Shown piece by piece: positions 1 to 12,075 of a stretch of 64,000 bases of DNA. Source of the DNA: Naegleria gruberi (taxonomy: Eukaryota); the NCBI GenBank assembly GCA_000004985.1, contig GG738845.1, one strand, 5' to 3'. The position numbers and the translations under genes are program-made. Under the pieces are notes generated by a model. That model did not search any database. It saw nothing but the letters and a program-made list of their open reading frames with translations, and was not told the origin of the DNA. Numbering within the stretch: position 1 is the first letter of the stretch; each line of letters starts with the position of its first letter.

Positions 1-1659
1 TTAAATTTAAATGTTATGAGAATTGAGGGAAAAACTCCTTTAATTTTCATTGATATTGATTCTACTATTATTGGTTAGTATATAGTTATCATAATATTTA
101 AATTTTAATATTTAATATTTATATGATGATGATGATAATTAATAGGAAAGGAAGGATGGAAAGAAAATGTACCAACAGTATTCATGTATGGTCATGCCGA
201 TAAACAACCACCAAATACTGGATGGGCTGAAGGATTAGGACCATACGATCCTGTCATTAGAACACGTTTACCTTCTACTTTTAATACTTCTACAACTGAT
301 GATAGTAATAATAATACTGTTAGTAATAATACTGACAGTAATACTGATAGTAATACCGAAGATAAAAAAGATGAAGATTTATATTTATATGGACGTGGTA
401 GTAATGATGATGGATATGCAGTATTTTCATCAATATTATCAATTAAATCACTTCAAGAACAATCTATTGAACATGGACGTATTATTATAGTATGTGAATT
501 TAGTGAAGAGAGTGGATCATGTGATTTACCATATTACCTCTGTCAAATATTACCATATAATAGAACTGAACATATTAGAAGTAAAATGACAGCAGAGGAT
601 TTATCACTCATTCCATCACATTGTTTATCTGATGATTATAAAGGAATGATTCAAAGTTGTGTTGATTTGGTTATTTGTTTAGATTCTGGTGTTGGTAATT
701 ATGAACGTATTTGGACTACTATTAGTTTGAGAGGAATATTTGTTTTTGAATTGCACGTTTCTTTAATTAGAGAAGGTTTGTTTTTTTAACTATTTATTTA
801 ATATTAATTTAATATTAATTTTGTTTTATTAAATATATTAAATATTTAAATAGGAGTACATTCAGGTGGATATAGTGGATTAGTATCTGATTCATTTAGA
901 GTAATTAGAATGTTATTATCTAGAATTGAAAATGAACAAGATGGATCAATTAAAATTCCAGAATTATATGGAACACCAAAAGAAGAAAAAGATCCAATTC
1001 ATTCTAATTTACCTAAATGGGTAGTTGAAAAATTTAAAAAAACAGTAGAATTATTAGGATATAGTGGAGTATGTGAATCAGTTCCATTATTAAATTCTTC
1101 AGTTGAATTAATGAATCAAGATTTATTAGAATTATTATTAAACAAAACATGGAGACCAACTTTAACAATAACAGGTGCAAATGGTTTACCACCAATTGAA
1201 ACAGCTGGTAATGTATTAAGACCATTAACAGCATTAAAATGTTCAATTAGATTACCACCACATGTTACACCAAATGAACAACTTGAACAATTAGTTTTAA
1301 ATGAGCTCATTAGAAATCCACCCTATAATGCACAAGTACAAATTAAGAATATTCATACTGGAAGTGGATGGTGTTGTAGTGAATTTGATGAATGGTTAAC
1401 AAATTCACTAAATGAATCATCTAGAGAATTCTTTAATGTTGATGAAATTGGATGTTTAGGTGAAGGTGGCACAATTCCATTTATGAAAGTTTTAAATGAT
1501 TGTTATCCACAAGCTCAAATGTTAATTACTGGTGTTGCAGGTCCTGGTTCAAATGCACACGGTCCAAATGAACATTTGAATTTAAATTATACAAAGAAAA
1601 TTATCTGTTCAGTTGCTAAACTTTTAAATGATCATAGTATTGTTAATAAAAAGAAATAA
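1..1659 (+). CDS. M20-family metallodipeptidase (CNDP/DUG1-like), 5'-partial. Exons approximately 1..73, 146..775, 854..1659
   Basis: Translation contains M20 motifs: VFMYGHADKQP (GHxDVxP), LYGRGSNDDGY (YGRGSxDDKG), GVHSGGYSG after the splice, and C-terminal GEGGTIPF..GPGSNAHGPNEH. Introns: donor gttagt at 74 with acceptor tag at 143-145, and donor gtttgt at 776 with acceptor tag at 851-853. Both joins keep the frame. Confidence 0.8.
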
Positions 1660-1934
1660 TTATTTTTTTAAACTAAATTCAAATGATAGTCCATTTCTTT
1701 CTCATGGAATTACTTGTGTAAAGTTCTTTTTTCCAATAAAGTCATTATCTTGTTAGCTTAATATTATAAAGTTGAAGTTTTTAATAATTTATTACAAAAC
1801 CAACAAAAACAACCATGAAAAGCTTGGTATTATTGATGATCTTTTTGCCTTTGGCATCAAGAATACTGTTTTGAAAAATAAATGGAGTTTAAAGGGTTTT
1901 GATTGTAAAAGTGAGATTTTAAGTGTATCAGAAT

Positions 1935-2040
1935 AGTATGTGGATATTAATATACTCTCATATAAAGGAAAAAAGAGGATTTCATAAATCAAATTCCATT
2001 TAACAAAAGAAACCAAAAAAGTCATAAATGGGTTTAGCTT
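1935..2040. repeat. Dispersed repeat block. The 17-mer ggatattaatatactct recurs at about 13680 and 33298, and the segment ggaaaaaagaggatttcat(a/g)aatcaa recurs at about 11770.
   Basis: Direct sequence comparison within the window. Confidence 0.6.
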
Positions 2041-2413
2041 AAAATTACTTCCTTTATTGTTATCTAGATTAACATTAAGAGGAAACTTTTAGGAAAAATA
2101 TGACACAATAAATATACTTAATTCTCTCTTGGTTCAAGTTACATCATACAGTAAAAGGCCACTTAAATGAGGCGACGGGTGCCTTTGAACTTCCCACCAA
2201 ATCAAAAGCAACATCCAAAATCAAGAAATAAAACAAGTAGCTAATATATTCTGGCTTCATTCAATCTACAATCAGAATTCGTAGGATTAAGACATTTTCA
2301 GCCAAATCCCATAGGTGTAAGAAAGAGAGTTCGTAATATTTTGTTAAATCTAAAACTAAAAAAATGGCCGTATTTGAAAATATTAGACCATTACTTGATT
2401 TAAGAAATAAAGA

Positions 2414-2722
2414 ATGTTGAATTTATGTAACAGAATGCCAAAACCAGATTCAATATTTCTGGTTGCTATTAATCAAAAGGATGATAAAGGAAAACTAAGT
2501 ATAATTACTGACCTTACCTTTAACACACATAGACGAAAAACAATAATTGAGGCTCCCTCAAAAATGAACCTTTCCTTTCTTCTTTTTAATTGGAGAAGAC
2601 TTCTTCTTAGAACCAACCTTCAACATATTAATACTTTCACACTCTTTAAACTTACTTTTGTAACCTGTATCGGAACTGACACAAATGTTTTTCAAGAGGT
2701 TGTATTTCAATTAATTAATTAA
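2414..2722 (+). pseudogene. Fragment of a repeat-borne ORF, paralogous to the minus-strand ORF at 4297..4596 (MPKPDSIFLVAINQKDDKGKLSIITDL versus RKPDPNSYYLIKTKKADNKGKPSIIKDL)
   Basis: Two divergent inverted copies of the same peptide-coding fragment lie in a repeat-rich intergenic island. This is likely transposon-derived. Confidence 0.35.
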
Positions 2723-3326
2723 CTTTTCAAAAGGATGTTCGACATCTAAATAATTCGATTGTGGAAGTATACAAACATGATGATCCTAATGTTTTCAAAT
2801 TATTGGAAGAAAATACGAAAAGAGAGAACAAGTTTTTCTCTATAATTAAAATTGACTAAGATAAATTCAAGTTTGTTCCAAATAATAAATATTCAATTCC
2901 CAAAAATCAAAACAAGATGAAAAGAAATATTAAATAAATCAAATAATATTAATTTCACTACACTATTGATTTGCTTAACCCAACTAAAAAATGACCAGTA
3001 AGCAATCCTCTAATCCGTTGATGAAAGAATACAAGCTCTTTGTAAATGCCAAGGCTAAGAATTTGCTTATAGAAGGTATCTTGTATTCACTGGATCCATC
3101 AAGAGTTGTCAAAGGTTACTCCTTTATTGTACAACATGTAACAAAAGTGCTGAAGATGATAAAGTTTATACCAAAAACTCCTTTTGCAGAAAGATGGATC
3201 CCATTACAGGCAAAGTGTATCTAAAAGAACACCATTTATAGAAAAGCAATTGAAAACAAAGGACGAATTGGGGTTATCTGATACTCTTTTAGGTAAACTA
3301 AGGGTTGTTATGTTTATATTTTAAAT

Positions 3327-3560
3327 TTACTTACGTTTTGAACACAATATCAATCCGTATTCCCAAGTATGTAAAAACAAAAAAGAAAACGGATTCCAAT
3401 AGAAATTAAAATACAATCTTTTTCTTTTTGTTATTGTTAAAGGTTCAGGCAAAATATTTGTACTGGTTTTACAAATTAACAACAAATCACATTTAAAAGA
3501 ATTAATTTGATTTTCTTGATGAGATAAAATGTGATAGGTTTGATGTGTCATTTTTTAAAT
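3327..3560 (-). repeat. Repeat family R1, copy a. Its head (atgacacgtcaaatc.. ..aaatgtgatttgtt) is at the right end.
   Basis: About 85-90% identity to copies at 3876, 5337, 11890(-), 12460 and 32960(-). Forms a head-to-head inverted pair with copy b. Confidence 0.8.
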
Positions 3561-3599
3561 CAAATATGAGAATGGATGGAAAATGTTTTTATTTACAAG

Positions 3600-3702
3600 A
3601 GGGGATGAAAAATCAGATGGGTAGTTGGATCCATCCACAAAATCAAAATCCTGTGTGATGTTGTAAATTCTGTTCGGCGGAGGGGTTATGTGGGATTCTT
3701 GT
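3600..3702 (+). repeat. Partial copy (5' two-thirds) of the GC-rich TIR element P
   Basis: ggggatgaaaaatc...ggatccatccacaaaatcaaaatcctgtgtgatgttgtaaattctgttcggcggagggg aligns with the full copy at 55180-55327. Confidence 0.6.
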
Positions 3703-3875
3703 AATTCTAAAAGGTCAACAAATTGTTGGTTAATAACATAATAAATGATAAACAAAAGAATTCCTTGTTTAAGTTTACTCCTTCGCCACCTTAATAAATT
3801 GTTGTAAGCTTTTACAATAAAATTTATGTTAACAACAAACTTTTAAAAGAAAAAGATGAAAGAATTTATTTAAAT

Positions 3876-4035
3876 CAAAAAAATGACACGTCAAATCTAT
3901 CACATTTTATTTCATCAAGAAAATCAAATTAATTCTTTTAAATGTGATTTGTTAATAATTATTAAAACCACTACAAATATTTTAATAGCAAAAAGAATAC
4001 ATTGTATCATACATAGGATGTTTATTAAGACTTGT
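3876..4035 (+). repeat. Repeat family R1, copy b. Ends with the tatcatacat(a/g)gatgtttattaagac block.
   Basis: Same family as copy a. The heads face each other across a 331-bp spacer. Confidence 0.8.
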
Positions 4036-4150
4036 CAGACAATATTGTCTTCATCATTTTCTATTAATTCTTATAATTCTTCCATAATTAAATCTTCATC
4101 TCTATTCTCTTTTCAGCTTTAATTAAAGGTTTCGTTGGTAGTAGGTTTGT

Positions 4151-4214
4151 TATTAAAATACTGTGTGGTGTTGTGGATTTTGTGTGGCAGAGGGGGATTT
4201 GGATGACAGATTTT
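4151..4214 (+). repeat. Partial copy (3' end) of the GC-rich TIR element P
   Basis: ctgtgtggtgttgtggattttgtgtggcagagggggatttggatgacagattttccatcccctc matches the 3' half of 55180-55327, including the terminal gattttccatcccctc. Confidence 0.6.
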
Positions 4215-5336
4215 CCATCCCCTCAATCTGAATCTATTGGAATTCCGTTTTGAATTTAATGTGGTGAATCATGTTGGAAACATCGAATTCTTGTTATCAA
4301 GTTGTGAAAACGAGAGAGGTGATTATCAAGAGAAATGTTGGTATTACCTTGTCAATCAACATCGCGTCCACATGAAAGACGCAACCACTATCAAGAGCAA
4401 GTAAGGATTGTAGTGGTGATTGCATCGATAAATCTTTAATAATACTTGGCTTTCCTTTGTTATCAGCTTTCTTTGTTTTTATCAAATAATAGCTGTTGGG
4501 GTCTGGTTTTCTATTAACAAAATTAACATTTTCAATTTCTTGAATAGAATTAACTTTGTTGATATCTTTGGCAAAATCATTCAAATATCGTGCCATATTT
4601 TTTAATTTCGAAACTTGTTTAATGTTTGATCTTTAAAAAAAATGGCGGTAAAAAAATGGGCGGGAAAATAATCGTGAAATAAAAAATTGTGCGTTTAGCA
4701 GGTTTGGTACCCCTTCCTACGTTAAGTCTACTCATTATTCTACAACTAAGCCACGAAACATATAATACACGATCTGTATCTATCTAGTGTAAAGTGTTAA
4801 TAATAAGTTTCAGTTTTTCCACAAATTTATCGCCACAGCCTGCAACAACCTTTACAATGTTAATCATGTATCATTTATGAGGATAATGGTTCAGTTATAT
4901 CAATCTCTATTTTGGTGTGAAAGAGTTTGGCCGGATTTGATAATATGAACATGATAAGACCCGTCCGACGACGGGTTTGAGTAAAGGAAGGGAAATAATA
5001 ATTAAACGAACTTATATTTTATTAAGTTTACAATAAAATAAAAGGTGTAGGTTTATTAATGTCTCTTGTATCAATAACGACCTGAGAGACCATAAGTTTA
5101 CAATAAAAACAAATCCATTCTTCACTTCGCTCAGAATTAGACAGAATAAAAGAATGCATTTTCGGACCAAACTTATTGACTTTCTCAACTTCCTTTGTTA
5201 AAGTTTAGTTTTGTTCAATTTCGAAACTTTCACTTCCAATTTTCCAACTTTATCTTCATCTGGATTTTCTTTCTTTTTATTCTTAGGAATTATTTTTTTT
5301 GGATAAATAAGAATAGGTAAAAATATTAAAAAAATC

Positions 5337-5660
5337 CAAAAAAATGTCATGTCAAATCTATCACATTTTGTCTCATCAAGAAAATCAAATTAATTCTTTT
5401 AAATGTGATTTGTTGTTAATTTTTAAAATCACTACAAATATTTTGCCCAAAACGTCAACAATAACAAAAAGAAAGTATTTTAATTTTCTCAAAAGAAAAA
5501 ATATAAGTTTAGGTTTTTTTATAAGAATTGCTATTATGAGAGTACTAAATAAGTATTATATTACTTCTTCGAATTTGGAGAAGAATTGGTATTGTAGTTG
5601 AAAGAAAGATCTATTATATCATACACATGCATGAGATGTTTATTAAGACCAAAAGTAACA
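5337..5660 (+). repeat. Repeat family R1, copy c
   Basis: Head atgtcatgtcaaatctatcacattttgtctcatcaagaaaatcaaattaattcttttaaatgtgatttgtt, and tail block catgcatgagatgtttattaagacc at about 5625. Confidence 0.8.
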
Positions 5661-6419
5661 GATTTGGTAAATAGAAAAATCCAAGGCTACTTTCAAAATC
5701 TAAACAAATACACTAAAAAGATCAAATGGAGAATGGATATATAATATTTTGCATCCTCTGTGTCAGTTTGGGGAGAAATTATGAGCTGGTTGAAGATAAT
5801 TTTCAAGGCAGGTACATACAATTCTTTAGCCACTTGATGAAAGGGACAAGCAAATCTTTTAATGATGATCCCATTTTTGCAAATTTTTAAAATTGTTTTT
5901 GAGAAATTTGTTAGTTGACACAAGATGTTCTTATCGAGGTTTGTGTAGTGGGTTCTAATATTATTAATACTAGTATTGAGTTAACAAGCTTAATCAAGTC
6001 ATGGTCAATTTTTCAACATTACAACAACAACAAATGGTTGAAAAATTACTTATTAACCAAGAGGTTAATAAGTACATTGCTAAAAGATTCAATAATATCA
6101 CTTCTACTAACCCAAAGATATTGTCAGAATATGAGAATATCAAGAGGGTGGTTAGATCAGCCCTTATTTTGGCTAGTAAGTTGCTAGAAGAAGGAACTTG
6201 TTGTTTATTGTGAGCGAAATATAATAGCTCTTCAACACGCTGATAATCCTGTAGTGACTGTCCAAATAGTAAGGCCCAAATCAATAAACAAGATGCATCT
6301 TTCTACTCAGACGAATCTTTTTTTCGTGAACATCTCTACATATCGTAGACATGTTAAGAGATGGAGTGAAGGTCCTTCCAATCCATCTCAAGATTTAATT
6401 CTATTCAAAGGCCAAGAAC

Positions 6420-8760
6420 TTGGCTTGTGAAAGAACTCTTCAAAGAATTGGAGCAATCGAAGAATGTACAGATCTGGTGATTATTTCAAGATACAGATTG
6501 GTTCCAAAGAGGGATTCATATCGACTGATAATTAGAGATGGATTGCCGATCATTAGGTATAATGATAGAGAAGAAAAAGAGTTATCTAAAACCAATGAAA
6601 ACGTTTCAATTATTAGGAATAATTGTAGATTTAGAAAAGAAGATATTGTCAATGAATTCGTCAACAATAATCAAGATAAAACAAAGAATTGGAATGGTTT
6701 TATCTCAATTTCATCAAGGAGAAAGAATTTTCTTTAGAGATTTATATCGTATCACTGGTATTGTTATTGCTTATCTAGATTGTTTTCAACCAGCAAGAGT
6801 AATGCTCAATCCAATTTATACATTTGCAGCAGAGAAAGTTTTCAAACACGGATGGGAAGGAAGTTGTTACCTCTCCGATCGAGTAGTTTACTGTCTCCAA
6901 TGGATTTCAGCAAATCTGAATTTTTGGAATGGAAAGGTTTTTCAATTCCCAAGTCTGGTGAATTATTTCTGGACAGACGCTTCAAAGATTGGATGGGGAG
7001 CTCATTTCAAGGAGAAGAATTTAAAAATCAATGGTCATTGGTCGGAAGAAGAAGCAAAACAATCAATCAATGTTCTAGAGTTAAGAGCTGTTTGGAAAGC
7101 TCTTCAACAATGGAGAAAAATTCTGAATGGTCAAAATTTGATAATTTACTTGGATTCTATGGTAGCTCTACACACCATAAAAAAGGGTGGTTCAAAATCC
7201 AAGACAATCTCTCGAATAGTTCAATCGATATGGAGAAAAATTTTCGAGGAGAATATTCAACTCCTTTCATTGGAATGGTTGTCTTCTCAGGAGAATTCAA
7301 TTGCAGACGCACTGAGCAGAACTCCAATAGAGACGGATCCAACAGATTGGGAAATCTTAACAAGTTCCTTCAACCGAGTACAGCAGCAATTGAATGTATC
7401 AATCGATTTGCCAGCCCGTACAATTTCAAGGTAAATCCCATTCTGTACAAGACACAGAACCAGCAGGGAAATTCCAGCAGATTCATTCTCCCGTCTTTGG
7501 ATAGAACCAGTAATCAATTGGTGTTGCGTCCCATTCAATCTAATAGGGAGAGTAATCCAACATTGCATAGAATCCAAAGCTCAAATGGTTCTAGTTCATC
7601 CAGTGTGGAAATCCCAATATTGGTGGAAAACTATAGAAACTCTGAGAGTGAAATCTGTAGAAGTTTATGGACGAGATTTCAAGTCTACAAAAAGCGGGAA
7701 GGTGGAGCCTTCGAAAAAGTCTTGGAATTTAGAAGCCAGTCTTTTGGACGCTCGCTCCAAGACTTGACAGATATTGCTTTAATGTTAATGCCTCATCATA
7801 TCAAAGATTCGACTGCGGCAACGTATGATTCATATTGGAGAAGGTTGATTGAATTTGCAATTCGTAACTTTTTCAATCCTCCACCTTCTGAAGATTTGGT
7901 TTTTTTATTTATTACTGATCTATTCATCACTTGGCCAGTGGTGGTAATTGTAAACAAGCAAAGTTTGCAATTAAGAATAGATGTAAATTATTTGGTGTAG
8001 ATGATCCCACTACATCTCAACGTATTCAATTACTCATTTCAGGGATGTGCAATGTATCATACGTTTTCTCTCCACGAATTAGAAATCCATGGAGTATTGT
8101 TTATATTCGAAAGTGGATTCAGGTTGGAAGGAATTTTGTTCCTGAAAAATCATTTATTATGTACACAACTTTAATTAAGACAAGTTGCTATTTGGCTTAA
8201 TATAGAGGGGAAGTTTTCTTCCCATTCATTAAGAATTGGTGGTGCGACCGATGCTGCTTATGCAAAGATTGGTAAAGAGGCAATCAAGGCGATTGGTGAT
8301 TGGTCTTCTGATGCAATTGATATCTTCGATCTGAATTTTCTATTGACATAAACGTATCTAAAGATTTGGGTTTTTAGTTTTTTGCTGGTAGGACTCAGTA
8401 TTTCAGAAACGACACCTTATTTTGTTGTTGATAAACCTATAAACAGGGTCAAAAGAAGCATTATTAAGACAACAAACACTTGTTTTTGAGCAATTAGAAG
8501 GAAACGAAGAAATCACAGTAGCAATGGATGGTTCATTTGAGAATAAGAGAGGTGGTATTGGAATTGTGACGAAAACTCAACAAATATCAATGAAGGCATT
8601 CGCTGCTGCATCGTCATTTGATTGTGAAATCCAAGCCATCTACATGGCCCTAAAAATGACAGCCAAGTTCCAAAGAATTAACATATTATCAGACTCACAA
8701 GCTAGTATCAAGATTATTCAAAGGAGATAAGAACTGTAAATATTCAAGCAAATCAAATCT
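6420..8760 (+). mobile_element. Degenerate DIRS-type (tyrosine-recombinase) retroelement remnant. It has an RNase H domain, then frame-shifted tyrosine-recombinase pieces, then a second RNase-H-like ORF.
   Basis: ORF 6538..7434 has an RNase H fold signature (IYLDSMVALHTIKKGGSKS...QLLSLEWLSSQENSIADALSR). The region 7585-8340 carries tyrosine-recombinase-like segments in shifted frames, including HSLRIGGATDAAYAKIG...GDWSSDAIDIF, where the expected catalytic Tyr appears as Phe. ORF 8524..8730 is DGSFENKRGGIGIV...FDCEIQAIYMALKM, which is RNase-H-like. Stops and frameshifts interrupt all of these. Confidence 0.6.
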
Positions 8761-8978
8761 CTATACAAGCAGGAGAAAAAATTAATCAAATGCCAAATCT
8801 TTGCAAAATTGCTCTTGATAAATATTCCTCTTCAATAGTGGAAAATAATCCATCAGTGAAGATTAACATATTCCCTTACTTTCCACATATTTATTAAACA
8901 AAGATTTGAATTAAAATGAAACATTCTTTAAAAATGTCCAAATATAAATCTTCTGCTATCAATGATCAGAACCTTGTG

Positions 8979-10793
8979 CTATTGTAAAATAAAATAATCC
9001 GGAAGTGGATCTAAATTTCTGTTTAAAAATCCAAAATCTATTAATTCTTTGTCAAGACTAAAAAATTGTGGTGCATGGGTGGAAATATTAATTTCAAACA
9101 CATCTATTGTAAATTTAACGCGCTTAGAATCTAATTTCTCAAAATCACAGTTTGTAACATCTTGGAAGTCGATATTATTGCGGCGGCATATGTGTATTTC
9201 TTTTAAAGTTGGGCTATTAACTAAATATCGGGCTGCGTTTAATGATAAATTATTCTGCAAATATAAAATTTTCAAATTTGGCAATCGAGTCCTTCTAGAA
9301 AATATTTCCATACATTCTGAATCATGTGTTAGTATTCTTAATCTTTCTAAATTAATCAAATTTGAAAAAGCAATTATATGAATATTTGATGAATTAATGT
9401 TTAAAAAAAAGCCACATTCAAAGTAAATTAAATTTAGTAAATCACCATTACATAAGTAATATAATGCAGAATTGTTAATAGGAGAACAAATTGCTAAATG
9501 TGTTAATTGGCTCATTTGCGCAATAATTTTAATATTTTCTGTTGATAAACATGAATCAAAACCATTTCCTAAACATAATCCTCTTAATGAATTTAGCTCC
9601 AACATACTGCTCATGTCAATGTTTAATGTTGATGCAAATAAATGTAGATATTTAATATTTTTAAAATTGTTCACAAAATTATTAAAATTATAATTATTTC
9701 TAAAATATTTAGTGTTTGTATGCAAATATAAACATTCTAATGCTGGCATTGAAATATTTTCTAAATTGCACGTACCATGCCATTTTGCAGCACTAAAATA
9801 ATTATTAATAACCAAATGTTTCAATAAAGGTAAGCATGTAATATTGTGTATGCTTGATTCATCAGGTATTTGTAGTGATGTTAAATTAGAAAAATTAATA
9901 GTAGGCGGTAATGGAAAGTAAAAAAAATTAGGTCCAATATTTAGTAATTCGAATTGATGAGAATACTTAATAATTTCATTGTAAATTTGGTTTAAATGTT
10001 TAAAAACAGTAGTACCAATATAGATTGAGAATTTTGTTAACAATGGAAATTTTGAAAAATCAAAAGTAGAATCAATAGTTTCCATACTGTTACCACATAT
10101 CGATAATTCTTTTAAATTAGAATAAGGGATATCAATATTGAACAAGTAAGAAAATGCTTTTTTAAAATCCCAACTAACGTGAAACATAAATGTATCTAAT
10201 TTAGTATGAACGTAATTACACAATAATTTGTATGATTTCTTTGAATTAATTCCACTAAAACGCATGCTTGAAAGTGCCAATTGTTTTAATTTTGGTAGTT
10301 TAAACATATTTTCTATGTCATTAGAGCTTAATGTGAAGTTTTTAATATGTAATTTTGTGATATTTGAATGTTGTAGTATATTATCAGAAATAGAACTAAA
10401 TTTAATTCTATAAACACCACTATTTTCCACTCCACTTATTACTAATTGTACTAATTTTTTAGATGTTAACATTATTTCGAGAGTGTCTTTGAAATCAGTT
10501 ATATTATGTAATGTTATTCTTGCAAATAATTGCAAAAAATTGTGTTTTTCCCCCAAGCCGCAACGAATTTGTTTTGTTTTCTTATCAAAATATCTATTCA
10601 TAAAATCCCTTTTGTATGGTAATGAAAAAGCTGCTTGTCTCCATTCCGAACACACATGAGTGGCGCATATTAAACTGTTTGTGTTTAAATAGGAAAATAT
10701 TTCTAATAATAAATCGTATGGAATGTTGCAAGGAACAGTATCGTTTCTTTCCTTTTTTTTTTTACGTAAAGGAAAGAGGAAAGCGTGTAGCAT
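8979..10793 (-). CDS. F-box / leucine-rich-repeat protein, 604-aa single exon
   Basis: N-terminal F-box-like motif IPYDLLLEIFSYLNTNSLICATHVCSEWR, followed by many irregular leucine-rich repeats (L..L.L..N). Confidence 0.55.
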   Translation of the reverse strand: MLHAFLFPLRKKKKERNDTVPCNIPYDLLLEIFSYLNTNSLICATHVCSEWRQAAFSLPYKRDFMNRYFDKKTKQIRCGLGEKHNFLQLFARITLHNITDFKDTLEIMLTSKKLVQLVISGVENSGVYRIKFSSISDNILQHSNITKLHIKNFTLSSNDIENMFKLPKLKQLALSSMRFSGINSKKSYKLLCNYVHTKLDTFMFHVSWDFKKAFSYLFNIDIPYSNLKELSICGNSMETIDSTFDFSKFPLLTKFSIYIGTTVFKHLNQIYNEIIKYSHQFELLNIGPNFFYFPLPPTINFSNLTSLQIPDESSIHNITCLPLLKHLVINNYFSAAKWHGTCNLENISMPALECLYLHTNTKYFRNNYNFNNFVNNFKNIKYLHLFASTLNIDMSSMLELNSLRGLCLGNGFDSCLSTENIKIIAQMSQLTHLAICSPINNSALYYLCNGDLLNLIYFECGFFLNINSSNIHIIAFSNLINLERLRILTHDSECMEIFSRRTRLPNLKILYLQNNLSLNAARYLVNSPTLKEIHICRRNNIDFQDVTNCDFEKLDSKRVKFTIDVFEINISTHAPQFFSLDKELIDFGFLNRNLDPLPDYFILQ

Positions 10794-10819
10794 TTTTTTT
10801 GTTGTTATGTTTTATTGAT

Positions 10820-10966
10820 ACAGCTCATCAGATCCTCTCAAAAATAAACAATCACAATCTAGAATGTCAACAATTAAAGAGTGGAATGTGAAACGATTTC
10901 TAATAATTTAAAAATCCACTCCTTCTAAAAGCATCACAAAAAATCATGACAGTCTTTTTGTTTGGA
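10820..10966 (+). repeat. Repeat R2, copy 1 (about 150 bp)
   Basis: About 90% identical to 14304-14454 in the same orientation (acagc..tcatcagatcctctcaaaa...gaatgtcaacaattaaagagtggaatgtgaaacgatttctaataatttaaaa..tccactc.ttctaa.agcatcacaaaaaatcatg.cagt.tttttgtttg). Confidence 0.75.
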
Positions 10967-11889
10967 TCTAACACATTAAAAGATTTACTTGCCACTTTCA
11001 CACCACAAGTGGCTAAAGAATTCCCACCACCCCACCCTAACACAGAATAATTTCAATAGAAATTTCAGATCTAGTAAGTCAATAATTTTTTAATAATTTA
11101 TTATTTTATTGGATTTCATTTGATTATATCCAATTTGGTGACAGATAATTTGGTCAAATGACATTTTCATTTGGATAGCCAATTATCTAAAGCAATAGCT
11201 TTTGTAGTATTGCTTGGTGGTGGATATCAAGTGGGTATCACTATCAGGAACAAGACAGGATCATTTGTTGACCTGGTTCCTTAATCAAATATGTGAAAAT
11301 TCTAACAATTTTTTATATGATTTGTGTGTTTATTTAATTTTTTAAATTTAAAGCACTGCTATGCAGAGAATTAGTTAGCAAGTTTTCAGATATTTCAATA
11401 TTTCAGATTTGTTTTTATGGTTTTTTAAGGTTTTTTGAATTTATTAGATGGTTTAATGGGCGCATAGTTGCAACTATTAGAGGTATTAGAGTTTAAAAAT
11501 TATACAAAAGTTGATTAATGATATCCTCAATCATTATTTATTATTATTATTCTTGCGAATTAATTTACACGCGTGTAATAGAATAAACTTAGTATTTCAA
11601 AAACGACACCTTTATGATAAACCTATAACAGTATGCTCTAAAAAAAACCACAATGAAAAAGAATAAACTGACTTTTAATTTCAGGAGATCAGAATGGCAT
11701 TAAGGAGGGAATTGTATTTTACAATACTATTACAACAGAAACCAAAAGTTTTACAAATCAATCTGACATTACAATATTTGGAAAAAAGAGGATTTCATGA
11801 ATCAATTTTCAAAATCATTACCATCAAAAGAACATAAGTTTCTGATTGTACAATTTTAAAATTAATCCCTTTAAAAAAAGTTTGAAATG

Positions 11890-12075
11890 GAGAATTAAAA
11901 TAAACACAAAAGAAAGCAAATTCAAATAGAAATTAAAATACTTTCTCTTTCTTTTTGCAACCATTGAGGGCAAAATTTTTAGAGGTTTTAATAATTAATA
12001 ACAAATCACATTTAAAAGAATTAATTTGATTTTCTTGATGAGATAAAATGTGATAGATTTGATGTTTCATTTTTT
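11890..12075 (-). repeat. Repeat family R1, copy d
   Basis: Head at the right end. Forms a head-to-head pair with copy e. Confidence 0.8.

Noticed and set aside
3883-4122. ORFs beginning MTRQIYHILFHQENQINSFKCDLL…, which are repeated at 3327(-), 5344, 12468 and 32964(-)
   Set aside because: They occur only inside copies of repeat R1, in both orientations, with frame-disrupting differences between copies. These ORFs are artefacts of the repeat sequence, not genes.
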